Assembly (NCBI GenBank): GCA_945865625.1
Contig: CAMBFD010000002.1
Coordinates: 35,857-99,856 of the forward strand
DNA length: 64,000 nt
Source of the DNA: Chitinophaga pinensis
Lineage (GTDB): Bacteria; Bacteroidota; Bacteroidia; NS11-12g; UBA955
Direction of reading: 5' to 3'
Made by a program: the position numbers and the translations under genes. Of this stretch, positions 39,374 through 48,863 are shown piece after piece (the first letter of the stretch is position 1; each line of letters starts with the position of its first letter). The notes beneath the pieces are model-generated. The model made no database searches. It was not told where the DNA came from and worked only from the letters and a program-made list of their open reading frames with translations.

Positions 39374-39874
39374 TTATTTTTTAATTGCAGCCAATTCTTT
39401 TTCAAGTTCATCTTCTGCACCCGGAGTGTAACCTTGGTGCGAATAAACAATTTTACCTTCTGTGTTTACAATGAATGTCATTGGAGGATTGTTTACGTTC
39501 ATGGCCCTTGCTAAATCTTGGTTTTCGTCGATAATGATTTCGTATGTCCAACCTTCACCAAGAACTTTTGGTTTTACTTTTTTTACGTTTCTAGAATCGT
39601 CAATGGTTACTGCCACTAATTTTACATTGTATTTTTCTTGCCACTCAGCATATTTTGCGTCAATGGCTTGAAGTTCTTTTATACAAGGAGCACACCAAGT
39701 TGCCCAAAATGAAATGATGGTAATTTTACCCGGTTCAATGCTTTTTAAGAAGTCTACAGTTTCACCGTTGATATTTTTCACTGATACTGATGGCACAGTT
39801 TCTGTTTGAGCTTGAAGACTGAAAATCCCTCCAAAAACAAACGCCAATATTGCGATACTTTGTTTGATATTCAT
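39374..39874 (-). CDS. TlpA-family thiol:disulfide oxidoreductase (thioredoxin fold), secreted
   Basis: 166 aa with a signal peptide and the active site WATWCAPC. Confidence 0.85.
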   Translation of the reverse strand: MNIKQSIAILAFVFGGIFSLQAQTETVPSVSVKNINGETVDFLKSIEPGKITIISFWATWCAPCIKELQAIDAKYAEWQEKYNVKLVAVTIDDSRNVKKVKPKVLGEGWTYEIIIDENQDLARAMNVNNPPMTFIVNTEGKIVYSHQGYTPGAEDELEKELAAIKK

Positions 39875-39879
39875 TGCCC

Positions 39880-39911
39880 CAAATTTAATGCAAAGAATAT
39901 GCCAAAAGCAA
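39880..39911 (-). promoter_or_regulatory. TlpA-like gene promoter (TTG-N21-TAAATTTG)
   Basis: On the minus strand the -7 box is 39887-39880 and the TTG is 39911-39909. The box ends 5 nt from ATG 39874. Confidence 0.45.
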
Positions 39912-39962
39912 AACCTTTTTTAAAATTTAGGAAAGAGGCATTTTCTATTTTAATTTCGCAGT

Positions 39963-41342
39963 ATGGAAAAGCCTCAATTGCCATCCGGAACCCGCGATTT
40001 TTCTCCGCAAATGATGTTGAGAAGAAAATATATTTTAAATATCATGGAATCGGTGTTTAGACTACATGGTTTTGGTGCAATTGAAACCCCTTCCATCGAA
40101 AATTTGAAAACACTTCAGGGAAAATATGGCGATGAAGGTGATCAATTGCTCTTTAAGGTACTCAATTCTGGCGACTTTCTTTCGAAAGCCAATGAGCAAT
40201 TTCTAGCCGAAAAAAATTCAAAAGCCCTCATCCCTCAAATTGCAGATAGAGGTTTGCGTTACGATTTAACAGTGCCACTCGCACGGTTTGTTGTGATGAA
40301 CCGCGATAAAATTCATTTTCCTTTCAAACGCTATCAAATGCAACCAGTTTGGCGCGCTGATAGACCACAAAAAGGAAGATACCGCGAATTTTGGCAATGT
40401 GATATAGACGTGGTGGGTGCAAATTCAATTGTTTCCGAAGCTGAACTCGTTGAAATGTACCAAGAGGTTTTCCAAAAATTAAACCTAGGTATTGTGGTTC
40501 GTTTTAACCACCGCGGAATTTTAGATGCATTTTTGCCGGTTCTTGGAAGTCAAGAAAACTGGAATCAGTTTATGGTGATCATCGATAAGGCCGATAAAAT
40601 AGGCGAAGATGGCGTGGTGAACGAATTAAATATTAAGAATTTATCACATGCAGTTGATGCATGGAAATGGCTCTGTGAAACCCGTAAAATTGGTGATTTT
40701 AATCAAACCATTCAAGCTTTAAAAAGCTATGAACCAATACAAAACGAATCCTTAAACAAAGGAATTGCCGACCTGCAATTGCTTTGTAACTTGTTGGGGG
40801 ACACTTCGAATGTTCAAATTGATTTAACCCTTGCCAGAGGACTCAGTTATTACACAGGTTGTGTTTTTGAAGTTGTAGTCAACGATAAACGTTTACCTGA
40901 AGACTTCAGAATTGGTAGCATTGGCGGCGGCGGAAGATATGATAACCTTACCGGAATATTTGGATTAAAAGACGTTTCAGGGGTGGGAGTTTCTTTTGGG
41001 TTAGACCGAATTTACGACAATCTAGATGCTGCAAATTTATTTCCTGAAGATTTAACCGATGCTCCAAAGCTATTGATTTGTGCAATGGATCATGAATCAC
41101 TTGTTTATGCCAACAACATTTCAAGAGAATTGAGGAATGCAGGTATTTCCAATGAAGTTTACCCAGGTGCCGTAAAAATTAAAAAACAATTGGATTATGC
41201 CAACGCCAAAGGGTTCGGATATGCGGCAATCATTGGTCAAACAGAGTTTGAAAACGGAACTGTGTCACTTAAGAATTTATTTAGTGGGACTCAAGAAATA
41301 GTAGAAGCCAAACAAATTTCATCAAAATTAAACCATGAATAA
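39963..41342 (+). CDS. hisS: Histidine--tRNA ligase
   Basis: 459 aa: PSGTRDF, class II motif 2 YQMQPVWRADRPQKGRYREFWQCD, and motif 3 GGGRYD. Confidence 0.95.
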   Translation: MEKPQLPSGTRDFSPQMMLRRKYILNIMESVFRLHGFGAIETPSIENLKTLQGKYGDEGDQLLFKVLNSGDFLSKANEQFLAEKNSKALIPQIADRGLRYDLTVPLARFVVMNRDKIHFPFKRYQMQPVWRADRPQKGRYREFWQCDIDVVGANSIVSEAELVEMYQEVFQKLNLGIVVRFNHRGILDAFLPVLGSQENWNQFMVIIDKADKIGEDGVVNELNIKNLSHAVDAWKWLCETRKIGDFNQTIQALKSYEPIQNESLNKGIADLQLLCNLLGDTSNVQIDLTLARGLSYYTGCVFEVVVNDKRLPEDFRIGSIGGGGRYDNLTGIFGLKDVSGVGVSFGLDRIYDNLDAANLFPEDLTDAPKLLICAMDHESLVYANNISRELRNAGISNEVYPGAVKIKKQLDYANAKGFGYAAIIGQTEFENGTVSLKNLFSGTQEIVEAKQISSKLNHE

Positions 41343-42786
41343 TCACTATACGCTTTCGGAAGCCATCCAAAATATTGGTAAAAACGTTGAATTAACCGAT
41401 TCAGTGAGAAAAACAATGCAAAATAGCGTTGATTTTTTACAGCGATATATGGACAATGCCACTGCGCCAGTTTATGGTGTGAACACCGGATTTGGGTCCC
41501 TCCAAAATGTTGTTGTGTCGAACGAACAACTCAGCGAATTGCAAGAAAATCTACTCATTACACACGCCGCTGGGGTAGGTGAACCCTTGAAAGACGGCTT
41601 GGTGAGAAATATGTTGTGGCTAAAATTGCTCAACATGAGTAAAGGACATTCTGCCGTAAGGCCCATTATTTTTGAAAGATTGGCATATATGCTCAACCAT
41701 TCAATTTCCCCTGTGGTTACATCGCAAGGTTCTTTGGGTGCATCGGGTGATTTGGCGCCGCTTTCGCAAATGGCACTTCCTTTAATTGGCAAAGGGAATG
41801 TTAAGGTGAATGGTCAAATTTTAGCAGCTTCGGCATGGTTAAATTCTGAGGGATTTGAACCTATAAAATTAGGTCCCAAAGAGGCTTTAGCACTCATCAA
41901 TGGTACGCAATTCATGCTTTCGCATGCAGTAGATGCGTATAAAGACATTACAAATATAATTGGTAAATTACCACTCATTGCGGGTGCAAGTATCGATGGT
42001 TTTGATTGTCGGTTAGAACCATTTACAGAGGCCATTCATAGGGTTCGTCCTCATGCAGGTCAATTGACTGCTGCTAAAGAAATTAGAGAGGTTTTAAAAG
42101 GGTCAGAAATTGCAGCGAAAACAAAGGTGCAAGTTCAAGATCAATATAGTTTTAGGTGCATCCCTCAGGTGCACGGTGCATCGTATGATGCGTTGCAACA
42201 TTGTTTTCAAGTTTGGGAAACTGAATTAAATTCGGTGACTGACAATCCAAACGTTTTTGAAGAAGAAAACATGGTTGTTTCTGGAGGAAATTTTCACGGG
42301 CAACCTTTGGCATTGACATTGGATTATTGTGCAATGGCAGTGGCCGAATTTGCCAACATCAGCGAGCGCAGAACTTATTTATTGGTGAGCGGTCAAAGAG
42401 GTTTAACGCCATATTTAGCTGATGGCGCAGGATTGGATAGTGGATATATGATTGCGCAATACACCGCAGCATCGTTGGTGAGTCAGAACAAGCAATTGTG
42501 CACACCTGCAAGTGTTGATAGCATTGTGAGTAGCAATGGGCAAGAAGACCATGTGAGTATGGGTGCAAATGCTGCTACAAAATTGCTAAGGGTGATTGAA
42601 AATACCAAAATTGTTTTAGCCATAGAGTGGCTATGTGCCATTGGTGCATTGAATCAGCGGGAGGAAAAATCTTCACAGTTGATTGAAAAAATGAGGGAAG
42701 ATTTTGCAAAAATGGGTGCTTACCGACACCAAGAAATGCCGATGCAAGAAATTATTGCAAAGGCGTATTCTTTTTTGTGGGGATAA
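41335..42786 (+). CDS. HAL/PAL-family aromatic amino acid (probably histidine) ammonia-lyase
   Basis: 483 aa with the MIO-forming GSLGASGDLAPLS. The selectivity-region sequence LLITHAAGVG resembles HAL (S/T-H) rather than PAL (F-L) or TAL (H-L). Its ATG overlaps the hisS stop (ATGAATAA). Confidence 0.75.
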   Translation: MNNHYTLSEAIQNIGKNVELTDSVRKTMQNSVDFLQRYMDNATAPVYGVNTGFGSLQNVVVSNEQLSELQENLLITHAAGVGEPLKDGLVRNMLWLKLLNMSKGHSAVRPIIFERLAYMLNHSISPVVTSQGSLGASGDLAPLSQMALPLIGKGNVKVNGQILAASAWLNSEGFEPIKLGPKEALALINGTQFMLSHAVDAYKDITNIIGKLPLIAGASIDGFDCRLEPFTEAIHRVRPHAGQLTAAKEIREVLKGSEIAAKTKVQVQDQYSFRCIPQVHGASYDALQHCFQVWETELNSVTDNPNVFEEENMVVSGGNFHGQPLALTLDYCAMAVAEFANISERRTYLLVSGQRGLTPYLADGAGLDSGYMIAQYTAASLVSQNKQLCTPASVDSIVSSNGQEDHVSMGANAATKLLRVIENTKIVLAIEWLCAIGALNQREEKSSQLIEKMREDFAKMGAYRHQEMPMQEIIAKAYSFLWG

Positions 42787-42798
42787 TTGAATCTGAAA

Positions 42799-43398
42799 TT
42801 ATTTAGAATCGGCAATAGCGGTTTTAACAACCGACCAAATCTCCTTGAAACCTTGCTTGGTTTCAGATGAACTAATGATAAACGGAGGAATTTCTTCCCA
42901 CATTTCTAACAATGCTTCTTTGATAATTTGGGCATTGGCTTCTACTTCAACGGTTTTTAGCTTATCGGCTTTGGTACCAACAATTATGATTGGTATTTTA
43001 TTGTCGCCACAGTCGGCAATGAAGTCTAAATCAATTTTTTGAGGAGGGATTCTTAAATCAAGCAATACAAAAAGGCAAAATAAATTTGGTCGTTCACGCA
43101 AATAGTATGCAATCATTTTGCCAAAAATTTCTCTTCTATCTTTCGAAACTTTTGCATAGCCATATCCTGGCAAATCGCAAATTTGAATTTCATTATTGAT
43201 ATTGAAAAGGTTCAGCGTTTGAGTTTTTCCAGGCGTAGAACTCGTTTTTGCCAATCCATTTCTTTCAGTTAACATATTGATTAGCGATGATTTGCCAACA
43301 TTGCTCCTGCCAATAAAGGCAAATTCTGGCTTATCGCGATGGGGCATATCTACATTGCGCTCCCAACTTCCAACATAATCTGCAGTTTTGATTTTCAT
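42799..43398 (-). CDS. engB: Ribosome biogenesis GTPase YsxC/EngB
   Basis: 199 aa with G1 GRSNVGKSS and G3 DLPGYG. Confidence 0.9.
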   Translation of the reverse strand: MKIKTADYVGSWERNVDMPHRDKPEFAFIGRSNVGKSSLINMLTERNGLAKTSSTPGKTQTLNLFNINNEIQICDLPGYGYAKVSKDRREIFGKMIAYYLRERPNLFCLFVLLDLRIPPQKIDLDFIADCGDNKIPIIIVGTKADKLKTVEVEANAQIIKEALLEMWEEIPPFIISSSETKQGFKEIWSVVKTAIADSK

Positions 43399-43438
43399 AT
43401 TTGATGTTTCAATTGTTTCAGGTCGACGATGAATCGCT

Positions 43439-43446
43439 TATATTTG
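43439..43446 (+). promoter_or_regulatory. -7 box TATATTTG upstream of menG-porT-tgt-lptF/G
   Basis: Exact match 16 nt before GTG 43463. The nearest TTG (43413-43415) gives a 23-nt spacer. Confidence 0.4.
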
Positions 43447-43462
43447 CACTTTCAAATTCATT

Positions 43463-44191
43463 GTGAACGCAACTGTAAAACCAAATCCGTCGTCTGAGGC
43501 TTCAAAAAAACAACAAGTTGAGGAAATGTTCGATAATATTTCTGCACGGTATGATTTTTTGAATCATTTTTTGTCTTTAGGAATTGATTATTCTTGGAGA
43601 AAAAAAGTACGCAAAATTATTGAAAAAATAAATGCGAAAAAGATTTTAGATGTGGCTACAGGAACCGCTGATTTGGCAATTGAATTAACAAAAATCACAG
43701 ACACTCAAATAGTTGGAGTTGATATTAGCCGTGGAATGCTCGATATTGGAGATGTGAAATTGATAAAATTAAACCTCAACAATAGAATTGTTTTGCAACA
43801 AGCTGATTCTGAAAATTTACCTTTTGAAAATGAAGAATTCGATGCAGTAACAGTGAGTTTTGGTGTGCGTAACTTTGAAACATTAGACAAAGGACTATCT
43901 GATATGTGTCGTGTATTGAAACAAAATGGCAGCTTGGTGGTTCTTGAGTTTTCAAAACCTACAAATCCAATTTTTAGTCGTTTATATTGGTTCTACTTTA
44001 AATTTATTTTGCCACCATTGGGCCGATTATTTAGCAAAGACGCAACTGCCTATACCTATTTGCCTCAAAGTGTTGCCGAATTTCCGGAAGGAAAAGAATT
44101 TTGCCAAAGAGCAAAGGCTGCTGGATTTTCAAACGTTACTTATAAACCATTAACCTTCGGAATCTGTACTTTATATCATTGCGTAAAATAA
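43463..44191 (+). CDS. menG: Demethylmenaquinone methyltransferase (UbiE/MenG)
   Basis: MFDNISARYDFLNHFLSLG, SAM motif LDVATGTADLA, and VSFGVRN. GTG start. Confidence 0.9.
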   Translation: MNATVKPNPSSEASKKQQVEEMFDNISARYDFLNHFLSLGIDYSWRKKVRKIIEKINAKKILDVATGTADLAIELTKITDTQIVGVDISRGMLDIGDVKLIKLNLNNRIVLQQADSENLPFENEEFDAVTVSFGVRNFETLDKGLSDMCRVLKQNGSLVVLEFSKPTNPIFSRLYWFYFKFILPPLGRLFSKDATAYTYLPQSVAEFPEGKEFCQRAKAAGFSNVTYKPLTFGICTLYHCVK

Positions 44192-44910
44192 TTGTCATAT
44201 TGCTTTTAATTGGGTTCACTTCAGGGGCTAAAGCCACTGGAATAGATACCTCTTACGCCTTAGATTTTAGATTGACGCCTAAAGATCCTCTGCGAATTTA
44301 TCGAAAACATTTCTTTTGGGGAATTGCATTTTCTGCAACTCAAGCGAAAATGAAAATAAGCTTGGATCCTGTTTTTTGGCAACGAAACGACTCACTCCTC
44401 AATATTTTACCACAAGATCAGATGGGTGGTGGTTTTGGTGGAAGCGTTGCCCTGAGAATTGCCCGACATTGGGAGCTTAAAATGCTCACAATGTTGCAAC
44501 TGCACTCTCGCAATGTTACGTATCAATGGGTGAAAGCTCCAGGCCCTACAATTAAAATTGAATCGATTTGTTTCGATATACCATTAACCATTAAATACCG
44601 CTCCGATATGCCAAACAATACAGGTTTTTTTGTTTTGGGCGGATTGCGCTGGTCTCATGACTTTCAAAGTAATGAAGATTTGGTTATTGGAAATTCTAAA
44701 CCCCTTATTGCTCTTAAAGAAGATACTTATTATTATGAATTTGGAGGTGGTTTTGAATTTAGAATGGACTACGTTGATTTATCGATAGAATTGAAAATGT
44801 CGAATGGATTAAACAATGCACTTTTGCGTGTGCCAGGTAGTTATTTTTCTGGTTCATTGAGTAGCATTTTTCCAAGGCTTTTTAGTATCACTTTAATGGC
44901 TCAAAATTGA
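44179..44910 (+). CDS. porT: PorT-family outer-membrane beta-barrel protein (T9SS-associated)
   Basis: 243 aa with a signal peptide and alternating beta-strand pattern. It sits immediately downstream of, and overlapping, menG/ubiE; I recall this as the conserved Bacteroidota context of porT/sprT. TTG start. Confidence 0.55.
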   Translation: MRKIIVILLLIGFTSGAKATGIDTSYALDFRLTPKDPLRIYRKHFFWGIAFSATQAKMKISLDPVFWQRNDSLLNILPQDQMGGGFGGSVALRIARHWELKMLTMLQLHSRNVTYQWVKAPGPTIKIESICFDIPLTIKYRSDMPNNTGFFVLGGLRWSHDFQSNEDLVIGNSKPLIALKEDTYYYEFGGGFEFRMDYVDLSIELKMSNGLNNALLRVPGSYFSGSLSSIFPRLFSITLMAQN

Positions 44911-46025
44911 ATTTTACAATACAACATAGAGATCCTTTTACCAAGGCTAGGGCAGGTGTGATTGAAACCGATCACGGAAACATTGAAACTCCAATATTTA
45001 TGCCTGTTGGAACAGCCGCTACAGTTAAAGGATTGCATAAAAACTTTCTCGAAAATGAAATCAATGCCGATATCATTTTGGGCAATACATACCATTTATA
45101 CTTGCGTCCAGGTCTCGACATTATGGAGAAAGCCGGCGGTATTCACGGATTTTCGAACTGGAATCGTCCAATTTTAACCGATTCTGGGGGATATCAAGTG
45201 TACTCACTTTCTGGTACCCGAAAAATAAAGGAAGAAGGCGCCACTTTTAAAAGTCATATTGATGGTTCAAAACACCTATTCAGTCCTGAATATGTCATGG
45301 ACATTCAACGCACCTTAGGCGCCGATATCATCATGGCATTTGATGAATGTACTCCTTATCCCTGCGAAAAAAATTATGCTGAAAAAAGCATGCACATGAC
45401 CCATCGTTGGTTAGATCGCTGCATGAAAAGATTCCATGAAACTGAACCTAAATATGGTCATCATCAAGAGCTATTTCCAATTGTTCAAGGAAGTGTTTAT
45501 CCAGATTTGCGCAAACAAAGTGCAGAATACGTTTGTAAGCATGAAGCTGGTGGCTATGCAATTGGTGGTTTAAGTGTTGGCGAACCCCATGAAGATATGT
45601 ATGCCATGACAGAATTGGTTTGCAATATTTTACCTCACGATAAACCACGTTATTTGATGGGTGTTGGTACTCCAGAAAATATTTTGGAATCGATTGCTTT
45701 AGGCGTAGATATGTTCGACTGTGTGATGCCCACAAGAAATGGTAGAAATGGAATGATTTTTACCAGAGAAGGAATCATCAATATCCGAAATAAAAAATGG
45801 GCCGATAACTTTGATCCAATTGATTCATGGTTGACACCTGAATATTCATTGGCTTATTTAAGACATTTGTTTGTTGCTGGTGAAATGCTGGGTCCAATTG
45901 TAGCCAGTTTGCAAAACCTTAAGTTCTATTTGTGGTTGGTGCGTGAAGCAAGAATACACATCAAAAATAACGAATTTCATATTTGGAAAGCTTCTGTACT
46001 TAAAACAGTTAATCGAAAGTTATAA
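44907..46025 (+). CDS. tgt: tRNA-guanine transglycosylase (queuine tRNA-ribosyltransferase)
   Basis: ARAGVIETDHGNIETPIFMPVGT, LTDSGGYQV, and the Zn site CxCxxC replaced by the usual region near LGVDMFDCVMPTRNGRNG. TTG start overlapping the porT stop. Confidence 0.93.
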   Translation: MNFTIQHRDPFTKARAGVIETDHGNIETPIFMPVGTAATVKGLHKNFLENEINADIILGNTYHLYLRPGLDIMEKAGGIHGFSNWNRPILTDSGGYQVYSLSGTRKIKEEGATFKSHIDGSKHLFSPEYVMDIQRTLGADIIMAFDECTPYPCEKNYAEKSMHMTHRWLDRCMKRFHETEPKYGHHQELFPIVQGSVYPDLRKQSAEYVCKHEAGGYAIGGLSVGEPHEDMYAMTELVCNILPHDKPRYLMGVGTPENILESIALGVDMFDCVMPTRNGRNGMIFTREGIINIRNKKWADNFDPIDSWLTPEYSLAYLRHLFVAGEMLGPIVASLQNLKFYLWLVREARIHIKNNEFHIWKASVLKTVNRKL

Positions 46026-47113
46026 TGAGATTTTTTAAAGAGTTAGACCTGTATATCGCAAAAAAGTTCATTAAAACTTTTTTTGTCACAATTTTACTCT
46101 TTATCATTATCATCATCATATTTGACATTGCTGAAAAATTAGACGATTTCCTTCAAAAAAATGCACCAATTAGTGAAATTTTCACGGTGTATTATGTAAG
46201 TTTCATTCCAACGTTACTGAATACCTTTAGCCCCATATTTATCTTTATTTCTGTCTTGTATTTCACTTCAAGATTGGCCTCTAGGACTGAAATTATTTCA
46301 ATGCTCGCTGGTGGGCTTTCATTGCGCAGGATCTTGGTGCCGTACCTTGCAGTTGGTGCACTTTTTGCCTTCGGCAGCTATATGCTCAACGCTTGGATCA
46401 TCCCAATTTCTGATAAAAAGAGGGTGAAATTTGAAAATACTTATTTGAGGGACTATTGGTCTGAATCTAGATCGGCCATTTACCGACAAATTAAGCCAGG
46501 TGTGGTTATGTACATGGAGTATTTTAGCAACCATGACAGTTCGGGAATAGGTGTGACATTGGAGCAGTACAAAGGACAAGAATTATCGAGTGTGTTGTTT
46601 GGGCGTTTTATACGCTGGGAACCAATTCGTAAAACGTGGAGATTGGAAATTGTAACCCAACGCGAGTTTCTCGCCAATGGAAATCAACGCATCAACAGTA
46701 TACCTTATTTAGATACAGCAATTGGATTTAACCCAGACAACTTTTTCTTTAGGGTGGAAGATGTTCAATCGCTCAACCAAAATGAATTGGAGTCGTTTAT
46801 TCAAAAGGAACGTTTAAGGGGTTCTCCTAACGTACAAGCCTTAGAAACAGAGAAGTACCGACGCATAGCTTCTCCATTCAGTACATTTATTTTAATTGTA
46901 ATTGCAGTTTCTGTTGCTGGCAGAAAGTCGCGAGGTGGATTGGGCATTGCTTTGGGGGTAGGTATTTTCGTGATCTTGTTCTTCTTGTTTTTTAGCAAAT
47001 ATTTTGTGAGTTTGGGCAATACAAATGTGCTCCCTGCTCATCTCGCAGTTTGGTTGCCAAATCTACTTTTTGTTCCTGTGGCATATGTCTTTTATCGATT
47101 TGCTCAAAAGTAA
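46025..47113 (+). CDS. LptF/LptG-family LPS export permease
   Basis: 362 aa. YIAKKFIKTFFVTILLFIIIIIIFD is the typical YjgP/YjgQ N-terminus. Six predicted TM segments with a periplasmic insert. Confidence 0.8.
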   Translation: MRFFKELDLYIAKKFIKTFFVTILLFIIIIIIFDIAEKLDDFLQKNAPISEIFTVYYVSFIPTLLNTFSPIFIFISVLYFTSRLASRTEIISMLAGGLSLRRILVPYLAVGALFAFGSYMLNAWIIPISDKKRVKFENTYLRDYWSESRSAIYRQIKPGVVMYMEYFSNHDSSGIGVTLEQYKGQELSSVLFGRFIRWEPIRKTWRLEIVTQREFLANGNQRINSIPYLDTAIGFNPDNFFFRVEDVQSLNQNELESFIQKERLRGSPNVQALETEKYRRIASPFSTFILIVIAVSVAGRKSRGGLGIALGVGIFVILFFLFFSKYFVSLGNTNVLPAHLAVWLPNLLFVPVAYVFYRFAQK

Positions 47114-47135
47114 TTTTTTTCGTATATTCGTTATT

Positions 47136-47654
47136 ATGAGAAATTTCCTAAGCTTTTTGCTTTGTTTCATGGTGTTTTCTGTTTTTGCACAGCCCGTTAA
47201 ACGTAAACCTCAACCTAAAATAAAATTTCCAGAAACCAAAGAAATTAAAATCGACTCTGTCGTTTTAAGTCGGTTTTACCCAGGTGTTTATGGCGCTCCA
47301 ATTGTTTATAATGTACTCATCTACTGCAAAACAAAAGTCAATTGCGGTTCTAAAGTGAAATCAGATTTTCTCAGGGTAGATTCCCTTTGGATGGATGAAA
47401 AGGTGGGCTCTGCTGGTTTGATCTTGAATAAATCTTCAAATCCACTGCGTAAAGGACAATCATTCAGGATCATGTCGCGCATAGAATTCCCTACAAACAA
47501 AGATATGCCCAACGTCGAACTTCAAGTAAACACGAGCGTAAATCCTCCAATAAAGCACAATGGGAGGGCGGTATTCCGATATTTTATAGGGGTTAAAAAG
47601 GTTTATGTGATCATTCCAGATGTCATTCTTGGAAACACAGTTTATGCGCCTTGA
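47136..47654 (+). CDS. Hypothetical secreted protein
   Basis: ATG 47136 gives the signal peptide MRNFLSFLLCFMVFSVFAQP. The longer track ORF (47025) overlaps lptF/G and is rejected. Confidence 0.5.
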   Translation: MRNFLSFLLCFMVFSVFAQPVKRKPQPKIKFPETKEIKIDSVVLSRFYPGVYGAPIVYNVLIYCKTKVNCGSKVKSDFLRVDSLWMDEKVGSAGLILNKSSNPLRKGQSFRIMSRIEFPTNKDMPNVELQVNTSVNPPIKHNGRAVFRYFIGVKKVYVIIPDVILGNTVYAP

Positions 47655-47657
47655 TGC

Positions 47658-48821
47658 TTATTCTACCTCAAGCACAAGTCCCTTCAAATAATGACCTTCT
47701 GGGTGAAAAATATTCACAGGATGGTCTGGTCCTTGTCCGAGTCGATGTAAAATCCTACAATTCCTACCAACTTCAATTGCAGCAGCTGTTACCGTGTTTG
47801 CAAATAGTTTTTCATCAATGACTTGGCTACAAGAAAATGTAAACAATAATCCACCAGGCTTCACCCTGTTCAATCCGTATATATTCAATCGTTTATATCC
47901 CATCGTTGCTTGGTGTTTCTTGTTCATGCTTTTTGCAAACGCAGGAGGATCTAAAACCACAATATCATAAAGTTCTTCAACATCCTTTAAATATTTCATG
48001 ACATCAGCTTGGATGGCTTCATGCGCAGAATTGAGGTTGTTGAGTGCAACATTTTCTTCGGATAAATTCACTGCGATTTGGGAAATGTCAACGGAAATAA
48101 CTTTTTCGGCACCGCCCATTAAAGCAGCAACACTGAATCCCCCAGAATAAGAAAAGGTATTTAACACCGTTTTGCCCTTTGAATAATGATTTAATAAGGA
48201 TCGATTTTCGCGTTGATCTAGGAAAAATCCTGTTTTTTGTCCCGTAACCCAGTTCACTTTAAAGTTCATGTGATTTTCGGTGGCAATGGTTTCTTCTTGT
48301 GTCCCCAATAAGAACTCGTCTATAATTTCTGGGTCGTGCATGGCGGCGCTGCTCTTGCTGTAAATATGTTCAATTTCTTTGCCAAAAACAGTTTGGATGG
48401 CGTTTGAAATTTCGTCTAAACATAAATACATTCCATCTGTATGTGCTTGAATCACTGCAGTATTGGCGTAAATATCAATGATTAAACCAGGAAGTAAATC
48501 GCCTTCACCATGCACCAATCTGAATGCATTGGTGGGGTGGTTGATGCCTAAATTTAACTTTTCCCTCAAATTTTTACAATTTTGAATGCGGTCAATCCAA
48601 AATTGATTGTTTATTTCTTGTTGAGTAAACGACAAAATCCGCACGGCAATACTTCCATCGCCAACATGTCCGCAAGCAAGCCAATTGTCTTGAGAATCAT
48701 AAACTTGAACAAGGTCACCTGCTGAACATGGATCTATAGAATGGAGTGCTCCACTGAAAATCCATGGGTGCTTGCGACCAATGGCAATTTCTTTTCCTTT
48801 TTTTAAGACGGCTTTTTTCAC
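47658..48821 (-). CDS. Class I SAM-dependent rRNA methyltransferase (RlmI/YccW-like, PUA + MTase)
   Basis: 387 aa: KGKEIAIGRKHPWIF (PUA), LNTFSYSGGFSVAA, DIVVLDPPAF. Confidence 0.8.
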   Translation of the reverse strand: MKKAVLKKGKEIAIGRKHPWIFSGALHSIDPCSAGDLVQVYDSQDNWLACGHVGDGSIAVRILSFTQQEINNQFWIDRIQNCKNLREKLNLGINHPTNAFRLVHGEGDLLPGLIIDIYANTAVIQAHTDGMYLCLDEISNAIQTVFGKEIEHIYSKSSAAMHDPEIIDEFLLGTQEETIATENHMNFKVNWVTGQKTGFFLDQRENRSLLNHYSKGKTVLNTFSYSGGFSVAALMGGAEKVISVDISQIAVNLSEENVALNNLNSAHEAIQADVMKYLKDVEELYDIVVLDPPAFAKSMNKKHQATMGYKRLNIYGLNRVKPGGLLFTFSCSQVIDEKLFANTVTAAAIEVGRNCRILHRLGQGPDHPVNIFHPEGHYLKGLVLEVE

Positions 48822-48863
48822 AATTTAAGTGCAAAGTTCAAGGAAAAGTTAGAGATTTGAAAA

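Noticed and set aside
41335-42786. Assigning the ammonia-lyase to flexirubin biosynthesis (tyrosine ammonia-lyase)
   Set aside because: No dar/flx genes are adjacent and the selectivity region looks HAL-like (T-H). It is left as a generic HAL/PAL-family call.
47025-47135. N-terminal extension of ORF 47025-47654 overlapping lptF/G
   Set aside because: It overlaps the preceding gene by 89 nt. ATG 47136 gives a canonical signal peptide.
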